From Terriglobia bacterium (GTDB taxonomy: Bacteria > Acidobacteriota > Terriglobia > 20CM-2-55-15): a stretch of 64,000 nucleotides of DNA. The translations under genes were made by a program, and so were the position numbers. This document shows, one piece after another, positions 29,927 to 40,126 of this stretch. The DNA lies in contig CBDAOY010000008.1 in assembly GCA_965198225.1 (NCBI GenBank), positions 160,001 through 224,000 on the forward strand, given 5' to 3'. Below the pieces are notes generated by a model, which did not search any database, was not told where the DNA came from, and saw only the letters and a list, made by a program, of their open reading frames with translations. Each line of letters opens with the position of its first letter. The first letter of the stretch is position 1.

Positions 29927-31159
29927 TCAGTGCTGGGAGTTCTTGTAGATCCGACCGCCCTTCATGACGAACACGACGCGACCCAGGGCGCCGATGTCTT
30001 CCAGCGGATTGCCGTCGACGGCAATGATGTCGGCAAGCTTTCCGGCCTCCAGATTCCCGACTGTCTCGGAAAGGCCGAGTGCCTCGGCGGCGACAACGGT
30101 CGCGCTGACGATGGCCTGTTCCGGGCTCATTCCGTTCGCGACCCGGCGTTCGAACTCCGGGAAGGTGTTACCGGCCATACCGGCTACTGCATCCGTCCCG
30201 AACGCGATCACTACGCCTCGCTCGACCGCTTTGCGGAACACCTCCTCCCGGGGCGGCAGCAGACGGCGCGTCCACTCGAGTTGTTCTTCGTTGAACGGAA
30301 ACTTGTCGGCGTTGGCCAGGTAATAACGCGACAGGTAGAGGTTCGGCACGTAGTAGGTGCCCCGTTCCGCCATCAGGTCGATCGTCGCGTCGTCGAGCAG
30401 CGCGCCGTGCTCGATCGTCCGCGCTCCGGCGAGAATCGCCCGGCGCGCACCTTCCGCCGCGTGAGCGTGCGCCGCGACGGGCTTGCCAGCCTTGGTGGCT
30501 TCTTCGATCGCGACACTCAACTGCTCAAAGGAGTAGGTTGGGGTTCCTCCAGAGCGGCTGCTGAGGGTAGCAAATATCTTCAGGACGTCCACGTTGCCTT
30601 CCATCTGCTTGCGGACGAACTCGCGTACCGGCGTGATCAGGTCTGTCGGCGCCCTCCCGGCCTCGGCCAGTGCGCCCTCGGCCGCCGGGACCTGCCCATC
30701 CGATACCCCCTCGCCCGAAGCGAGAAGTCGCGGCCCGGGGACGACTCCCGCCTCGATGGCATCCCGCAGATCCACATCGACGAAATCCGGCGCTCCCAGG
30801 CTCCGAACGGTCGTGAAGCCGCTCTCCAGGAACTTGAGCGCATTTGCGGCTGCATGGAGCGCCGTCGCGGAGCGACGTTCACCCCGCCCGTCGAAGTGAG
30901 CCGCGATGTGGACATGGCAGTCGATCAGCCCGGGAAGGACGGTGTAGGAGCGGAGATCGACCAGGGTCGCGCCGGCTGGAATCGACCCTGACGATTCGAC
31001 GGAAACGATCTCCTCGCCCTCGACCAGAATGATGACGTCTTCGAGCACCTGCCCGTGCCCGTCGATCGCTATCCGTGTCCGGAGGGCGTAGTTCTGTGCG
31101 GATGCCGGCAGCGCCACCAGCGCCACCAGTACCCAGAGAGATGCGCGGAATAATCGCAT
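29927..31159 (-). CDS. Metal-dependent amidohydrolase (Xaa-Pro dipeptidase-like) with signal peptide
   Basis: PGLIDCHVH, AAHAH, TIEHG, FGTDA and VFVMKGG. Confidence 0.9.
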   Translation of the reverse strand: MRLFRASLWVLVALVALPASAQNYALRTRIAIDGHGQVLEDVIILVEGEEIVSVESSGSIPAGATLVDLRSYTVLPGLIDCHVHIAAHFDGRGERRSATALHAAANALKFLESGFTTVRSLGAPDFVDVDLRDAIEAGVVPGPRLLASGEGVSDGQVPAAEGALAEAGRAPTDLITPVREFVRKQMEGNVDVLKIFATLSSRSGGTPTYSFEQLSVAIEEATKAGKPVAAHAHAAEGARRAILAGARTIEHGALLDDATIDLMAERGTYYVPNLYLSRYYLANADKFPFNEEQLEWTRRLLPPREEVFRKAVERGVVIAFGTDAVAGMAGNTFPEFERRVANGMSPEQAIVSATVVAAEALGLSETVGNLEAGKLADIIAVDGNPLEDIGALGRVVFVMKGGRIYKNSQH

Positions 31160-31202
31160 TTCGACTCCTCCTCAGAGGGGAAAACGGCGAGTCTTTCGCC
31201 AA

Positions 31203-31242
31203 GAAAAAACCCACGCCACCGTGCTCAGCACGATGGCGTGGG
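31203..31242 (-). terminator. Intrinsic terminator after the TBDR
   Basis: Hairpin CCCACGCCA..TGGCGTGGG with an A6 run on the plus strand, which is a U-tract on the minus strand. Confidence 0.65.
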
Positions 31243-31268
31243 TCGAGGTTGGTCGCTCAGCCTTCCGG

Positions 31269-34208
31269 CTAGAACGAATACTTCAGGAACAGCTGAGCCG
31301 CCCGAGCGGGTTGCAGGCTCCTCATCCCTGTCTGGTACCGGCTGGTCTGGTAGATGCGGTTTGCACCGCTTTCCCACTGGTAGAAGGAGTTGCTGTTTGC
31401 GACGTTCATGAAGTTGAACGAAATCTCAACCGCCTGAGAATCGCTGATCTGGAACTCCTTCCCGACCTTGATGTTCATGTTGTGGACATTCGGGGCCTTG
31501 AACTGGCCCTCTCCGCGCGTCGGGAACTCGATCCGGAACCGGGTCGCCAGCGGGTTGGACTGGGTCGTCCCGTTCGGAAGCGTGAACCGGGAAGGCCCAT
31601 AGGTCGGATCGCCGGCCGAAAGCCGATTCTTGACCACACCGTTGAAGGAACCCTGGTTCAGCGTGTAGCCGCTGGAAACCTTGATCCCGTAAGGCGCGTC
31701 CCACTGACCCATGAAGCTGAACGTGTAGTGCTTCCAGATGTCCTGGCTGCCGCCGTCGCCCGAGGTCAGGCTGTTCTCGGAGCCGTTGCCACGGGTATCT
31801 TCCAGACCCTTGTTGTCCGGAAACGTCGACGGCTGAATGAACCGCGCCGGATCGGTCGGGTTCCAGTCGCCGCTGATGTTGTGTTTCTGGACACCCAGGG
31901 TGCCGTAGAGCATGAAGTTGTTGCTCATGTTCTTCGTCACCGTGAAATCCCCGGCCCAGAGGTTGTTCCGGCTGTAGGTATTGTTCGTCTGCTGCCGGAC
32001 CATCCCCCGGTTCACGTCGACCAGACCGAAACCGAGGAACGGCAGGCCCGGACCTGCCGGGTAGATCCCGTTGATGTCGACTTCGGCGTAGTTGTGCTCG
32101 ACGTGCTTCATCGTACCGGCGATGTCGACCACCACCTGGCCCGGGAACTGCCTCCGGTAGGCCAGGATGAACTCGTCGATGTAGGGTTGGCTCAGGTCCG
32201 GGTGGAACCGTTGCTTGATCAGCGCGTCTCCCGACCGCGACGACAACTGAATGGTTTCGAACGTGCCGTCAAGATCGTTGTCGTACTCCGTTCGGATCGT
32301 TGTCGCACCCGTCGAGGCGAAACGCGTCGGCCCGTCGCGGCCGGTCATTCCCGCGTGCAACCGGACGGCGCTTCCCCGGATCACGTTCTTGGCATCCGCA
32401 TCGAGCATGAGCGAAAAGCCCAGGCGTGGCGCGACCTCGGTGCTGTCCTGTCGGGTGAAGTTGAACAACACGTCGTCCCGCTTCACGAAGTCCACGCGGA
32501 TACCCAGGTTGAGTGTGAGCCGGTCGATCGGCCTCCACTGATCCTGCACGTAGAACGCGTAGTTGTTCTCGCTGGCATCGATGACGATCGGGTCGAATGG
32601 ATCCGCATAGGAGCGGCGGAAAGGAACATGGCCGCCGCTCTTGTTGGCGGAATCGATCAGCACGCGTTGTTCCTGGTAGAAGCCGTTGTTCGAGAAAACG
32701 TCCGTCTGGCGGTACAGGCTCCGCGGGGCCGCGAAGAACCCCGTCTTGAGCTCGTGCGACACCCCGCCGCCCTGCATGAAGTAGGTCAGGTCTCCCTTGA
32801 ACTCCCAGTGCGAGGATACCTGGTACCGGCGCCGGTCATCGTTGTCGAGGACACCGAGGAGGGTGTCGCCGGAAAGGTTCGATCCGGAGATTGCCGCGTC
32901 GTCGTAGATGAGCCTCTCGGGTGTCGTGTTGGCCAGGTCGGCAAAAGTCGCCTCGTTGGCGCCGCTCTTGTCGTTCCAGGAGCCGACGACCTGCGTGCTC
33001 AGGGCCGACGACCAGATCGAATTGAGTTTGGCCGTGTACTGGTAGCCGCCCGTGGAGTTGAACCGAAGGGGCTGGAGAATGTCCTGGTTGTTCTGCTGGT
33101 AGTTGGTCCGGTCGTTGGCCACCGAGAACAGTAGGTTGTGGTTCTGATTCAACTGTGCGGTCATCTTGATGAACCAGTTCTGGGCGTTTGTCTTGTTCTG
33201 GAAGTCTTCCTGACCGGGAGCCAGCGCCGCCCCGTTGTCGATGAAGAACTGGGTCCGGGAGATGAAGTTCTCGATCCGTTGATCCCTGAACGATCCGAAG
33301 AACCAGACTCTATTGCGTACGATCGGCCCCCCCATAGAACCATCGATCATGCCGATGTCTTGCTTGGTCGGCGAGCCGCCGTTGTTCTTGAACGTGTTGG
33401 CGGTGTTGTCGCCGTTCCACTTATTCGGCTGGAAGGCGTAGCTGACCTTGCCGTGAAACTCGTTGCCGCCGCTGGGCGTGACGATGTTGAGCTGGATGCC
33501 GTTGCCCATCGGCAGGGACGCATCGTAGCCGCCGGTCTTGACTTCGACGTCCCCGAGCGTGTCCGTGCTCATGTTGAGGTATGCGGGCTGCGAATCGTAA
33601 TACGACGTCGCCCGCGTCCCGTCCATCTCGATGACGTGGCCGAAGTGGTGGACGCCACGGCCGTAGTACACCTGTCTGCCGCTCTGGTCGTTCCAGGGAC
33701 GGGTGTTGATGCCCGGCTGCATCTCCAGGATGTCACTCCAGTTGCGCCGGGATTGCACCGGAACCGCTCTCTGGAACTCGCCGGCGATGGCCACGGCGCT
33801 CACCGTGGACGTCGTTTCGACCATCGGCGTTTCGGCCGTGACGCTGATCGTCTCGGTCACGGCGCCGACCTGCATCTCGACGTTGATCGTCAGGTTCGTG
33901 CCTGCCCGGACGAGGATTTCCTCACGCCGGTAGGTCGCAAACCCGGGCAGCTCGGCGATCAGGGTGTAGTTGCCCGGTGGCAGGCCGATGATGCGATAGT
34001 TCCCGTTCTCGTCGGAGAACACCTGGCGTTCACCGATCATTTGGTCACTCGAAGCAGTGACCGTGATGCCCGGCAGAACCGCGCCGGACGGGTCCGAAAC
34101 GCGACCGATTAGGCTTCCTGCACCGGTCTGCGCAAAGGCGGCTCCGGTGAACAACAGAACCATTGCCACCGCTAGCCCTGCCTTGAAATAGTTCAACTCA
34201 CTCCTCAT
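31269..34208 (-). CDS. TonB-dependent receptor (Oar-like)
   Basis: Signal peptide, G.VSDPSGAVLPG carboxypeptidase-regulatory-like domain, YVQDQW..RLTLNLG and C-terminal YSF. Confidence 0.9.
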   Translation of the reverse strand: MRSELNYFKAGLAVAMVLLFTGAAFAQTGAGSLIGRVSDPSGAVLPGITVTASSDQMIGERQVFSDENGNYRIIGLPPGNYTLIAELPGFATYRREEILVRAGTNLTINVEMQVGAVTETISVTAETPMVETTSTVSAVAIAGEFQRAVPVQSRRNWSDILEMQPGINTRPWNDQSGRQVYYGRGVHHFGHVIEMDGTRATSYYDSQPAYLNMSTDTLGDVEVKTGGYDASLPMGNGIQLNIVTPSGGNEFHGKVSYAFQPNKWNGDNTANTFKNNGGSPTKQDIGMIDGSMGGPIVRNRVWFFGSFRDQRIENFISRTQFFIDNGAALAPGQEDFQNKTNAQNWFIKMTAQLNQNHNLLFSVANDRTNYQQNNQDILQPLRFNSTGGYQYTAKLNSIWSSALSTQVVGSWNDKSGANEATFADLANTTPERLIYDDAAISGSNLSGDTLLGVLDNDDRRRYQVSSHWEFKGDLTYFMQGGGVSHELKTGFFAAPRSLYRQTDVFSNNGFYQEQRVLIDSANKSGGHVPFRRSYADPFDPIVIDASENNYAFYVQDQWRPIDRLTLNLGIRVDFVKRDDVLFNFTRQDSTEVAPRLGFSLMLDADAKNVIRGSAVRLHAGMTGRDGPTRFASTGATTIRTEYDNDLDGTFETIQLSSRSGDALIKQRFHPDLSQPYIDEFILAYRRQFPGQVVVDIAGTMKHVEHNYAEVDINGIYPAGPGLPFLGFGLVDVNRGMVRQQTNNTYSRNNLWAGDFTVTKNMSNNFMLYGTLGVQKHNISGDWNPTDPARFIQPSTFPDNKGLEDTRGNGSENSLTSGDGGSQDIWKHYTFSFMGQWDAPYGIKVSSGYTLNQGSFNGVVKNRLSAGDPTYGPSRFTLPNGTTQSNPLATRFRIEFPTRGEGQFKAPNVHNMNIKVGKEFQISDSQAVEISFNFMNVANSNSFYQWESGANRIYQTSRYQTGMRSLQPARAAQLFLKYSF

Positions 34209-34334
34209 AACCATCCTCCCCTTCGGGTGTAGATTGACCGCACACTGCGGGCTGGAGCCGGCAGGTCCGGTAGGTTTGGCTTAGATTGCCACTAAGCTTC
34301 GGTTGTTCTTGCTTAGATTGTGTCTGAGTGTAGT

Positions 34335-34363
34335 TTTATATCGGTCCAGGGCCGCACTGTCAA
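34335..34363 (-). promoter_or_regulatory. Sigma70-type promoter of the TBDR
   Basis: TTGACA-N17-TATAAA on the minus strand. The paralog keeps TTGACA-N15-TATAAA at 35830-35856. Confidence 0.6.
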
Positions 34364-34375
34364 GCAGTTACCCGC

Positions 34376-34492
34376 GCGGACGACCTCCTCTCGCGGCGGC
34401 AGCAGAAGACGCGCCATTCCACTTAATCTTCGTTGAGGGGAAATTTTTTGGCGTTGGCCGGGTATTGACGCGACAGGTAGAGGTTCGGCACG
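34376..34492 (-). pseudogene. Fragment of a paralog of amidohydrolase 29927-31159
   Basis: VPNLYLSRQYPANAKKFPLNED* versus VPNLYLSRYYLANADKFPFNEE (about 30234-30350). Confidence 0.8.
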
Positions 34493-34547
34493 CCCCGATC
34501 GGCCCGGGTCGCGACGGCTGGAAATCTATTCCGCCTTCTTGACGTCC

Positions 34548-35735
34548 CTAGTTCGATCCCATCAACCGAACGACGCCGATTCCGTCCTCGAAAATGCGCT
34601 CGTGGATGCGCTCGTGGTTCTGCTGGTACTCGGTGCGATCGTTCGCGACGGAAAAGAGCAGGTTGTGGTTCTGGTTGAGCTGCGACGTGACCTTGACGAA
34701 CCAGTTCTCCGCGCTCGTGTCGTTGGTGAAGTCTTCGTAATTGGGAACCAGGGCCCTGCCCCGCCGGATAAATTCGTCGGACCGGGAGATGAAGTTCTTG
34801 ATGCGGTTGTCGCGGAACGACGTGAAGAACCACACCCGGTCGCGAGCGATCGGTCCGCCCACCGACACGTCGAGGATGCCGACATCCTGGACGGTCGGCA
34901 CGCCGCCGAGGTCGAGGAAGGTGCCCTGGGAATTGTCGCCGTTCCATTTTGTGGGCTGGAACGCGTAGGCGACTTTCCCGTGGAACTCGTTCCCACCGCT
35001 GGGCGTGACGATGTTCAACTGGATACCGTTGCCCATCGGCAGCGACGCGTCGTAGCCGCCGGTCTTGATTTCGACGTCCCCGAGGTTGTCGGTGCTCATG
35101 TTCAGATACGCCGGTTGCGAGTCGTAGTACGACGTCGCCCGCGTCCCGTCCATCTCGATGACGTGACCGAAATGGTGCACGCCGCGACCGTAGTACACCT
35201 GGCGGCCGCTCTGATCGGTCCACGGCCGCACGTTGATGCCGGGTTGCATCTCCAGAATGTCGGCCCAGTTCCGCCGCGGCTGCAACGGGATCTCTCGCTG
35301 GAACTCACCGGCGATGGCCACGGCGCTCACCGTGGACGTCGTTTCGACCATCGGCGTTTCGGCCGTGACGCTGATCGTCTCGGTCACGGCGCCGACCTGC
35401 ATCTCGATGTTCACCGTCAGGTTCGTGCCGGCACGCACCAGGATTCCTTCGCGCTGATAAGTGGCGAACCCCGGCAATTCGCCGGTCAACGTGTATTCGC
35501 CCGGCGGCAAGGTGATGATCCGAAAGTTCCCGTTCTCGTCGGAGAACACCTGGCGTTCGCCGATCAGGGCGGGACTCGTGGCCGTGATCGTGATGCCGGG
35601 CAGAACCGCGCCCGACACGTCCGTGACACGACCGATTAGACTACCGGCACCGGTCTGAGCAAAAGCGACTCCGGTGAACAATAGAGCCATTGCTACCGCC
35701 AGCGCGGCTTTAAAAAAGCTGAACTCATTCCTCAT
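34548..35735 (-). pseudogene. Truncated paralog of TBDR 31269-34208
   Basis: Highly similar over the first ~375 aa, then a deletion junction (HERIHERI) and a stop. Confidence 0.85.
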
Positions 35736-36082
35736 AGCCTTTCTCCCATTCGGGTGTAGTTTTAGCGCGTACTGCGGGCGAAGAGCCTGCAGCTTCGGTT
35801 GAGTTTTTGTGGATTACCTTTGGCTAGCTTTTATACGAACCTCATGGCCGTGTCAAGGAATTCGAAGGAGGTGCTGTGGAGCCCCTTATCCTACACATGG
35901 CAGTCAATTTAGTCGACGGTGGCCAACCCGAATTCCTTTGACTTCACTCGAGGGTTCGACCGACAATTGCGGATGCTGAGCCGCGATCCATATATACCTG
36001 CTTTGTCTCGTTGCGGCTGATCTCCTGATGCGCGAGTTCCTTCCACCAGACAAAGCCATCCACCATCCGTAAGGGAGGTGCA

Positions 36083-37771
36083 ATGTCCAAATACCTAGTA
36101 CGCTTTCTATATCCGCTCCTGGGTTTGGCGATCCTGGCGGCGATTTCTAGCGAACCCCTGACGGCCCAGTATCCCGGTCGCAGCCAGCAGCGCGGGCCGA
36201 CGGCCCAGCGCCAGGGCCGTGCTGAAGCGGGTGCCGGCGGGCAGCAGCAGATCCAGGTTCCCGGTCCAATCAAGGACTTTCTTGGAACCACCGACGAGGT
36301 GATCCCGCCCGTTCCCATGACCGGTGTGCCGGCCAAGGCCCCCACGACCGACACCTATTACTACGACCGTGCCGTCGAGGACATGCTCCCCGACGAGTTC
36401 ATGTCGAATCCGGACGCGGAGTTCGACTGGAACACACTAAAGGCGTGGCATGTCCCGCCGCTGTTGAAATCGGTTCGGATCATCGGTCCGCGCAGGGTCG
36501 AAGCGGGTGCGACGATTCAGTACGAGGCCGAGGTGGCCGATCCGACGGCGACGACGACGGCCGCCTACCTGCGCTACTACGGCCCGAAAGGACGCCGCAG
36601 CTCGCCGCAGGCGACGTTCAAGCCGATCGCGGAAGGCTCCATGTTCCTGCGCGGAACCTTGAAGATTCCCGAGCATGCCGAGCCCGGTGTCTACCGGCAC
36701 ATCCGCTTCGGAATCACGAATGCGGTCCGAAGCGCGAAGGCTTATTTCTCCGATTATCATCCCGCAATGCGCGGGCAGCCTCTCGAAGTCGAAGTGCTGC
36801 CGAACCCGAACGTCGACGTCATCCCGCCCACGATGCACTGGCTGAGGCTCGGCGCGATGGATCGAACCGACGACAGTCTGATCACCCAGCCGATCGGGCG
36901 TGCGATCCCGATCTACGCCCACGTGACCGACAATCTCTCCGGAGTTGAAACCGTGAAGCTCCGGATGAACAAGCGGGACGTGAACAAGTTCCAGGAGTTT
37001 GAGCTGAAACCGCTGATGGGACAGGAAGATGTCTACGTCGGCTATCTGAATGTCCCGAAGTGGTGGGAGTCGGGCGTGTATCAGGTGACGACGGTCACGC
37101 TCGAAGACAAAGCCGGCATGCAGGTTTACCACTATTTCGCGACGAACGAGATGGTCGGCCACGCCCGGGTGCGTCTGGAGAACGATCCCGAAATGGTCGA
37201 CACGACCGTGCCGCAGCTCATATCGGTGTGGCTCGACAGCGAGACCGGCACGATGGGAGAGCCCGTCACCGTGAGCGCGATCGTCATCGACGACAAGTCC
37301 GGCGTCGGAACCGCCTCGGCGGTCTTCCAGTCGGTGCCGAGTTACCAGAACAACACCAGGGTGGTCTTGAGGAAGGTGCAGAACCCGGATGTCATCATGA
37401 AGTCCGGATTCGACACCGATCTGAACCTGTACCGGGGCGAGCTGGTGACATCGGTATGGCAGGAGCCCGGGCGCTGGCAGTTGATGCGATTTGTCGCCCG
37501 TGACAACGCGGACAATTTTCTCGACATGCTGCCTACCCAGCACCCGGAATTTCAGGGCGTGGCGGTGGAGTTCGGCGGCGGGATGCGGTTGCGGGAGAAG
37601 ATACTCGCCGTCATTTCAGACGGTGCCGGCGCCGGAACGCTCGACACGATGAGCCTCCCCGCGGCCGCCGCACCCGCCGCGCAACCCGCTGAGCCGGGAA
37701 AGATTCGTCGGATCGATATGATACCGCCCCACCCACCGCGCGGGGCGTGTCTGAATTGCCACGAACCGTAG
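36083..37771 (+). CDS. Exported protein with three Ig-like repeats and a C-terminal magnetochrome-like heme c motif
   Basis: Signal peptide, repeats of D..PP...D..SGV...EPG.Y/W, an Ala/Pro linker, and terminal IRRIDMIPPHPPRGACLNCH. Confidence 0.7.
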   Translation: MSKYLVRFLYPLLGLAILAAISSEPLTAQYPGRSQQRGPTAQRQGRAEAGAGGQQQIQVPGPIKDFLGTTDEVIPPVPMTGVPAKAPTTDTYYYDRAVEDMLPDEFMSNPDAEFDWNTLKAWHVPPLLKSVRIIGPRRVEAGATIQYEAEVADPTATTTAAYLRYYGPKGRRSSPQATFKPIAEGSMFLRGTLKIPEHAEPGVYRHIRFGITNAVRSAKAYFSDYHPAMRGQPLEVEVLPNPNVDVIPPTMHWLRLGAMDRTDDSLITQPIGRAIPIYAHVTDNLSGVETVKLRMNKRDVNKFQEFELKPLMGQEDVYVGYLNVPKWWESGVYQVTTVTLEDKAGMQVYHYFATNEMVGHARVRLENDPEMVDTTVPQLISVWLDSETGTMGEPVTVSAIVIDDKSGVGTASAVFQSVPSYQNNTRVVLRKVQNPDVIMKSGFDTDLNLYRGELVTSVWQEPGRWQLMRFVARDNADNFLDMLPTQHPEFQGVAVEFGGGMRLREKILAVISDGAGAGTLDTMSLPAAAAPAAQPAEPGKIRRIDMIPPHPPRGACLNCHEP

Positions 37772-37839
37772 AGATTCTTGTTTACTAATGCCTGTGTGAC
37801 CGCTTTATTTGGTTTTTCAAGATTCTGGAGGAGCCGAGT

Positions 37840-39015
37840 ATGGATAGACGAAATTTCATTAAAACGATGGGTGTTGCCGGAGCCGGCAGTCTCGCTGCCG
37901 CGCAGGTGGCCCCCGCTGCCCCCGCTCCCGAGTTCAAGACCAAACACCTGATCTGGATCATGAACGGGAACGGGAAGCGGAAGAAAGAGTTCATCGAGAA
38001 CCCGGAGCTGCAGCCCAACTACGCCCGGATCGTCCGAGAAGGTTTCGTGTTCGAAGAGGACCACAACAACACCGTCTCTGAACACGGGAACTCTTGGACC
38101 GAATACCTGATGGGCCATCAGGCCCAGGGCGGGGTTCCGCTCTACCCGACGCCGCCCAACTACGTCCGCAAGCATCACGGCGACAAAGCCACGAACTATT
38201 TCTACCTGAACGGCGTCAGCTACTACCGCCAGTGGAGGTTCAGCGAGAAGTACTTCACGTGGCATCCCGACTACGGGGAAGACACCCGGCCGATCAGCTT
38301 CACGGCGACCCACATCTTCAACGAGATGTTCAACAAGGGACGGGATCCACGCACGATCGTTCGCGAAGAGTTTCCGGACATGGGTGTGACGGAAGCCGAA
38401 TTCAAGCAACTCGAGGAATTCGTCGACGACGCTCAGAAGCGCCGTCTGTATGACGTCACGGGACTCCATAACAAGGCCATTCCACGCGACCCGTTTCTGG
38501 GCGATGCGATGGCTCTGCAGCTGTTGCCCGCCGTCATGCAGGCGTTCAAGCCCCGGATGTTGCTCTTCCAGCAGGTCGGGCACGACACCGGTCACGGGGC
38601 GGGCGGCTATCTGCGGCAGCAGACCGGCTACCACGAATACGAACGTGTGGCCAGGAGCACCGACGAGCAGCTGGGTCTTCTGTTCGACTTCATCAAGAAC
38701 GACCCCTACTTCAGCCAGAACACGGCCATCGTGATCCGGCCGGAGTTCGGACGTGACGACGAAGTCAACCTCTACGGTGAAGTGCACCACTCTTCGGGCT
38801 ACTACTACTGCCAGCGGTCGGCCAGCATCTGGTACGGGCCCGACTTCAAGGTAGGAAGCAGCAAAGATCTGGTCAACCGGCTCGACGTCGCCCCGACGAT
38901 AACGAAGCTCATGGGCGGCGACGCGACGTACTCGGAAGGACTGTTCCGTCCGCAGATGCTCAAAGACGATCTGGCGGCCGAGTTCGAACCGTACCAGAGC
39001 TACACGGTAGGCTGA
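37840..39015 (+). CDS. Tat-exported protein, alkaline-phosphatase superfamily or DUF1501-like
   Basis: MDRRNFIK twin-Arg motif, HDTGH, IVIRPEFGRD, HH and DVAPTITKLMG. Confidence 0.65.
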   Translation: MDRRNFIKTMGVAGAGSLAAAQVAPAAPAPEFKTKHLIWIMNGNGKRKKEFIENPELQPNYARIVREGFVFEEDHNNTVSEHGNSWTEYLMGHQAQGGVPLYPTPPNYVRKHHGDKATNYFYLNGVSYYRQWRFSEKYFTWHPDYGEDTRPISFTATHIFNEMFNKGRDPRTIVREEFPDMGVTEAEFKQLEEFVDDAQKRRLYDVTGLHNKAIPRDPFLGDAMALQLLPAVMQAFKPRMLLFQQVGHDTGHGAGGYLRQQTGYHEYERVARSTDEQLGLLFDFIKNDPYFSQNTAIVIRPEFGRDDEVNLYGEVHHSSGYYYCQRSASIWYGPDFKVGSSKDLVNRLDVAPTITKLMGGDATYSEGLFRPQMLKDDLAAEFEPYQSYTVG

Positions 39016-39048
39016 GAAGCAGGCCGGACAACAAGACGACATCGTGAG

Positions 39049-39078
39049 CGCCAGGCGGTCGCCCGCCTGGCGTTTTTT
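39049..39078 (+). terminator. Intrinsic terminator
   Basis: CGCCAGGCGG-TCGC-CCGCCTGGCG-TTTTTT. Confidence 0.8.
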
Positions 39079-39083
39079 CGTGG

Positions 39084-39240
39084 GTAGGTGCGGTCTATGA
39101 CCGCACAATTCTCGAACCGAAACACGTGCGCTCATAGAGCGCCCCTACACTCGGAGCAAGATGTTGCAAAAGTGTAGGTGCGGTCTATGACCGCACAATC
39201 TTTGAACCGAGACGTGTGCGCTCATAGGGCACCCCTACAC
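39084..39240. repeat. Two REP doublets (39084-39150 and 39172-39240)
   Basis: Same family. The last copy supplies the TAG stop of the NAT gene. Confidence 0.85.
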
Positions 39241-39996
39241 CTGATCCGTAATCTCGATCCCGAAATACCGTTTGAGGGCATCGGTCCGCTCGAGGTCCGT
39301 TGCCAGCTCGCAATCCTCGGTCTCGTCGCCCTTGGTGGTGCTCAGGTGCATGTCCCGCAGGGTCACCCGGCCGTCCTCTGTCGCGATGGTCGCCACCTGA
39401 TGTTTTGGGAACGGGGAATCGGGTGACGTCTGGTGGTACCGGCACATACCCTCGAATTCACCGGCGTCGCGGGGAGTGAGGGTGAACAGGTATCGCGGGG
39501 TCCACGCGGCTTGCGTCCGGCCTACGTACAGCGCATGGTCTTCGTCTCGGGCTCCGACCCGGTACATCCGCCCCTCCGAGGCAACCACGTTCGACCCGTC
39601 GATTCGCAGGGGTTCCCTTGCCGACTGGCCGTTCCCGACGTCGACGAGGTAATCCTCGTCGAGATGCACCTGCAGGACCATGTGATCGAACTCGGGATTG
39701 ACCTCATCCCCGTTCAGCATTCGCGCCGAAAGGTACGCAACCTGAAAGCCGATCGCCGTCAGCAGTCGAGAGAAGAGAATATTGCACTCGTAGCAGAACC
39801 CGCCCCTCCGTTTCGATACGATCTTTTCAAAGATTCCCTCCGGGGAAAGTACGATCTTTCGCCCGAGGTGGATGTCGAGGTTCTCGAACGGCACGTGGAT
39901 CAGGAATGCGAGCTGCAGATCTCGCAGCACATCAATGTTCGGCGTTCGCTCGCCGCTGTAGCCGATCCGCTCCATGCATCGGTCGAGATCCATCAC
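39235..39996 (-). CDS. nat: Arylamine N-acetyltransferase family protein
   Basis: PFENLD, RRGGFCYE (Cys), HMVL (His) and VDVG (Asp) catalytic triad. Confidence 0.92.
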   Translation of the reverse strand: MMDLDRCMERIGYSGERTPNIDVLRDLQLAFLIHVPFENLDIHLGRKIVLSPEGIFEKIVSKRRGGFCYECNILFSRLLTAIGFQVAYLSARMLNGDEVNPEFDHMVLQVHLDEDYLVDVGNGQSAREPLRIDGSNVVASEGRMYRVGARDEDHALYVGRTQAAWTPRYLFTLTPRDAGEFEGMCRYHQTSPDSPFPKHQVATIATEDGRVTLRDMHLSTTKGDETEDCELATDLERTDALKRYFGIEITDQV

Positions 39997-40126
39997 GTGA
40001 CGCTCCGGTCCCCAGCCGCGAGAACCCCTGCGGTGTTCGAGGAACTTTGGCCGTTGTCAAATCTGAAAACCCGAATATACTGCCAATCTCGAAACTACTC
40101 CAACTAGGCTGAAAGGTGATGATTCA

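Noticed and set aside
31221-33134. Long antisense ORFs (also 1777-3333, 37552-39135, 53200-54444 and 61694-63151)
   Set aside because: These are shadow frames of real genes in high-GC DNA, with no recognisable motifs.
36083-39015. Magnetosome gene island
   Set aside because: There is only one magnetochrome-like motif and no recognisable mamA/B/K/M/Q-like genes in the window.
39084-39240. Possible CRISPR array from repeats with short spacers
   Set aside because: The units alternate in orientation, the spacers resemble each other, copies are dispersed, and no cas genes are present. These are REP doublets.
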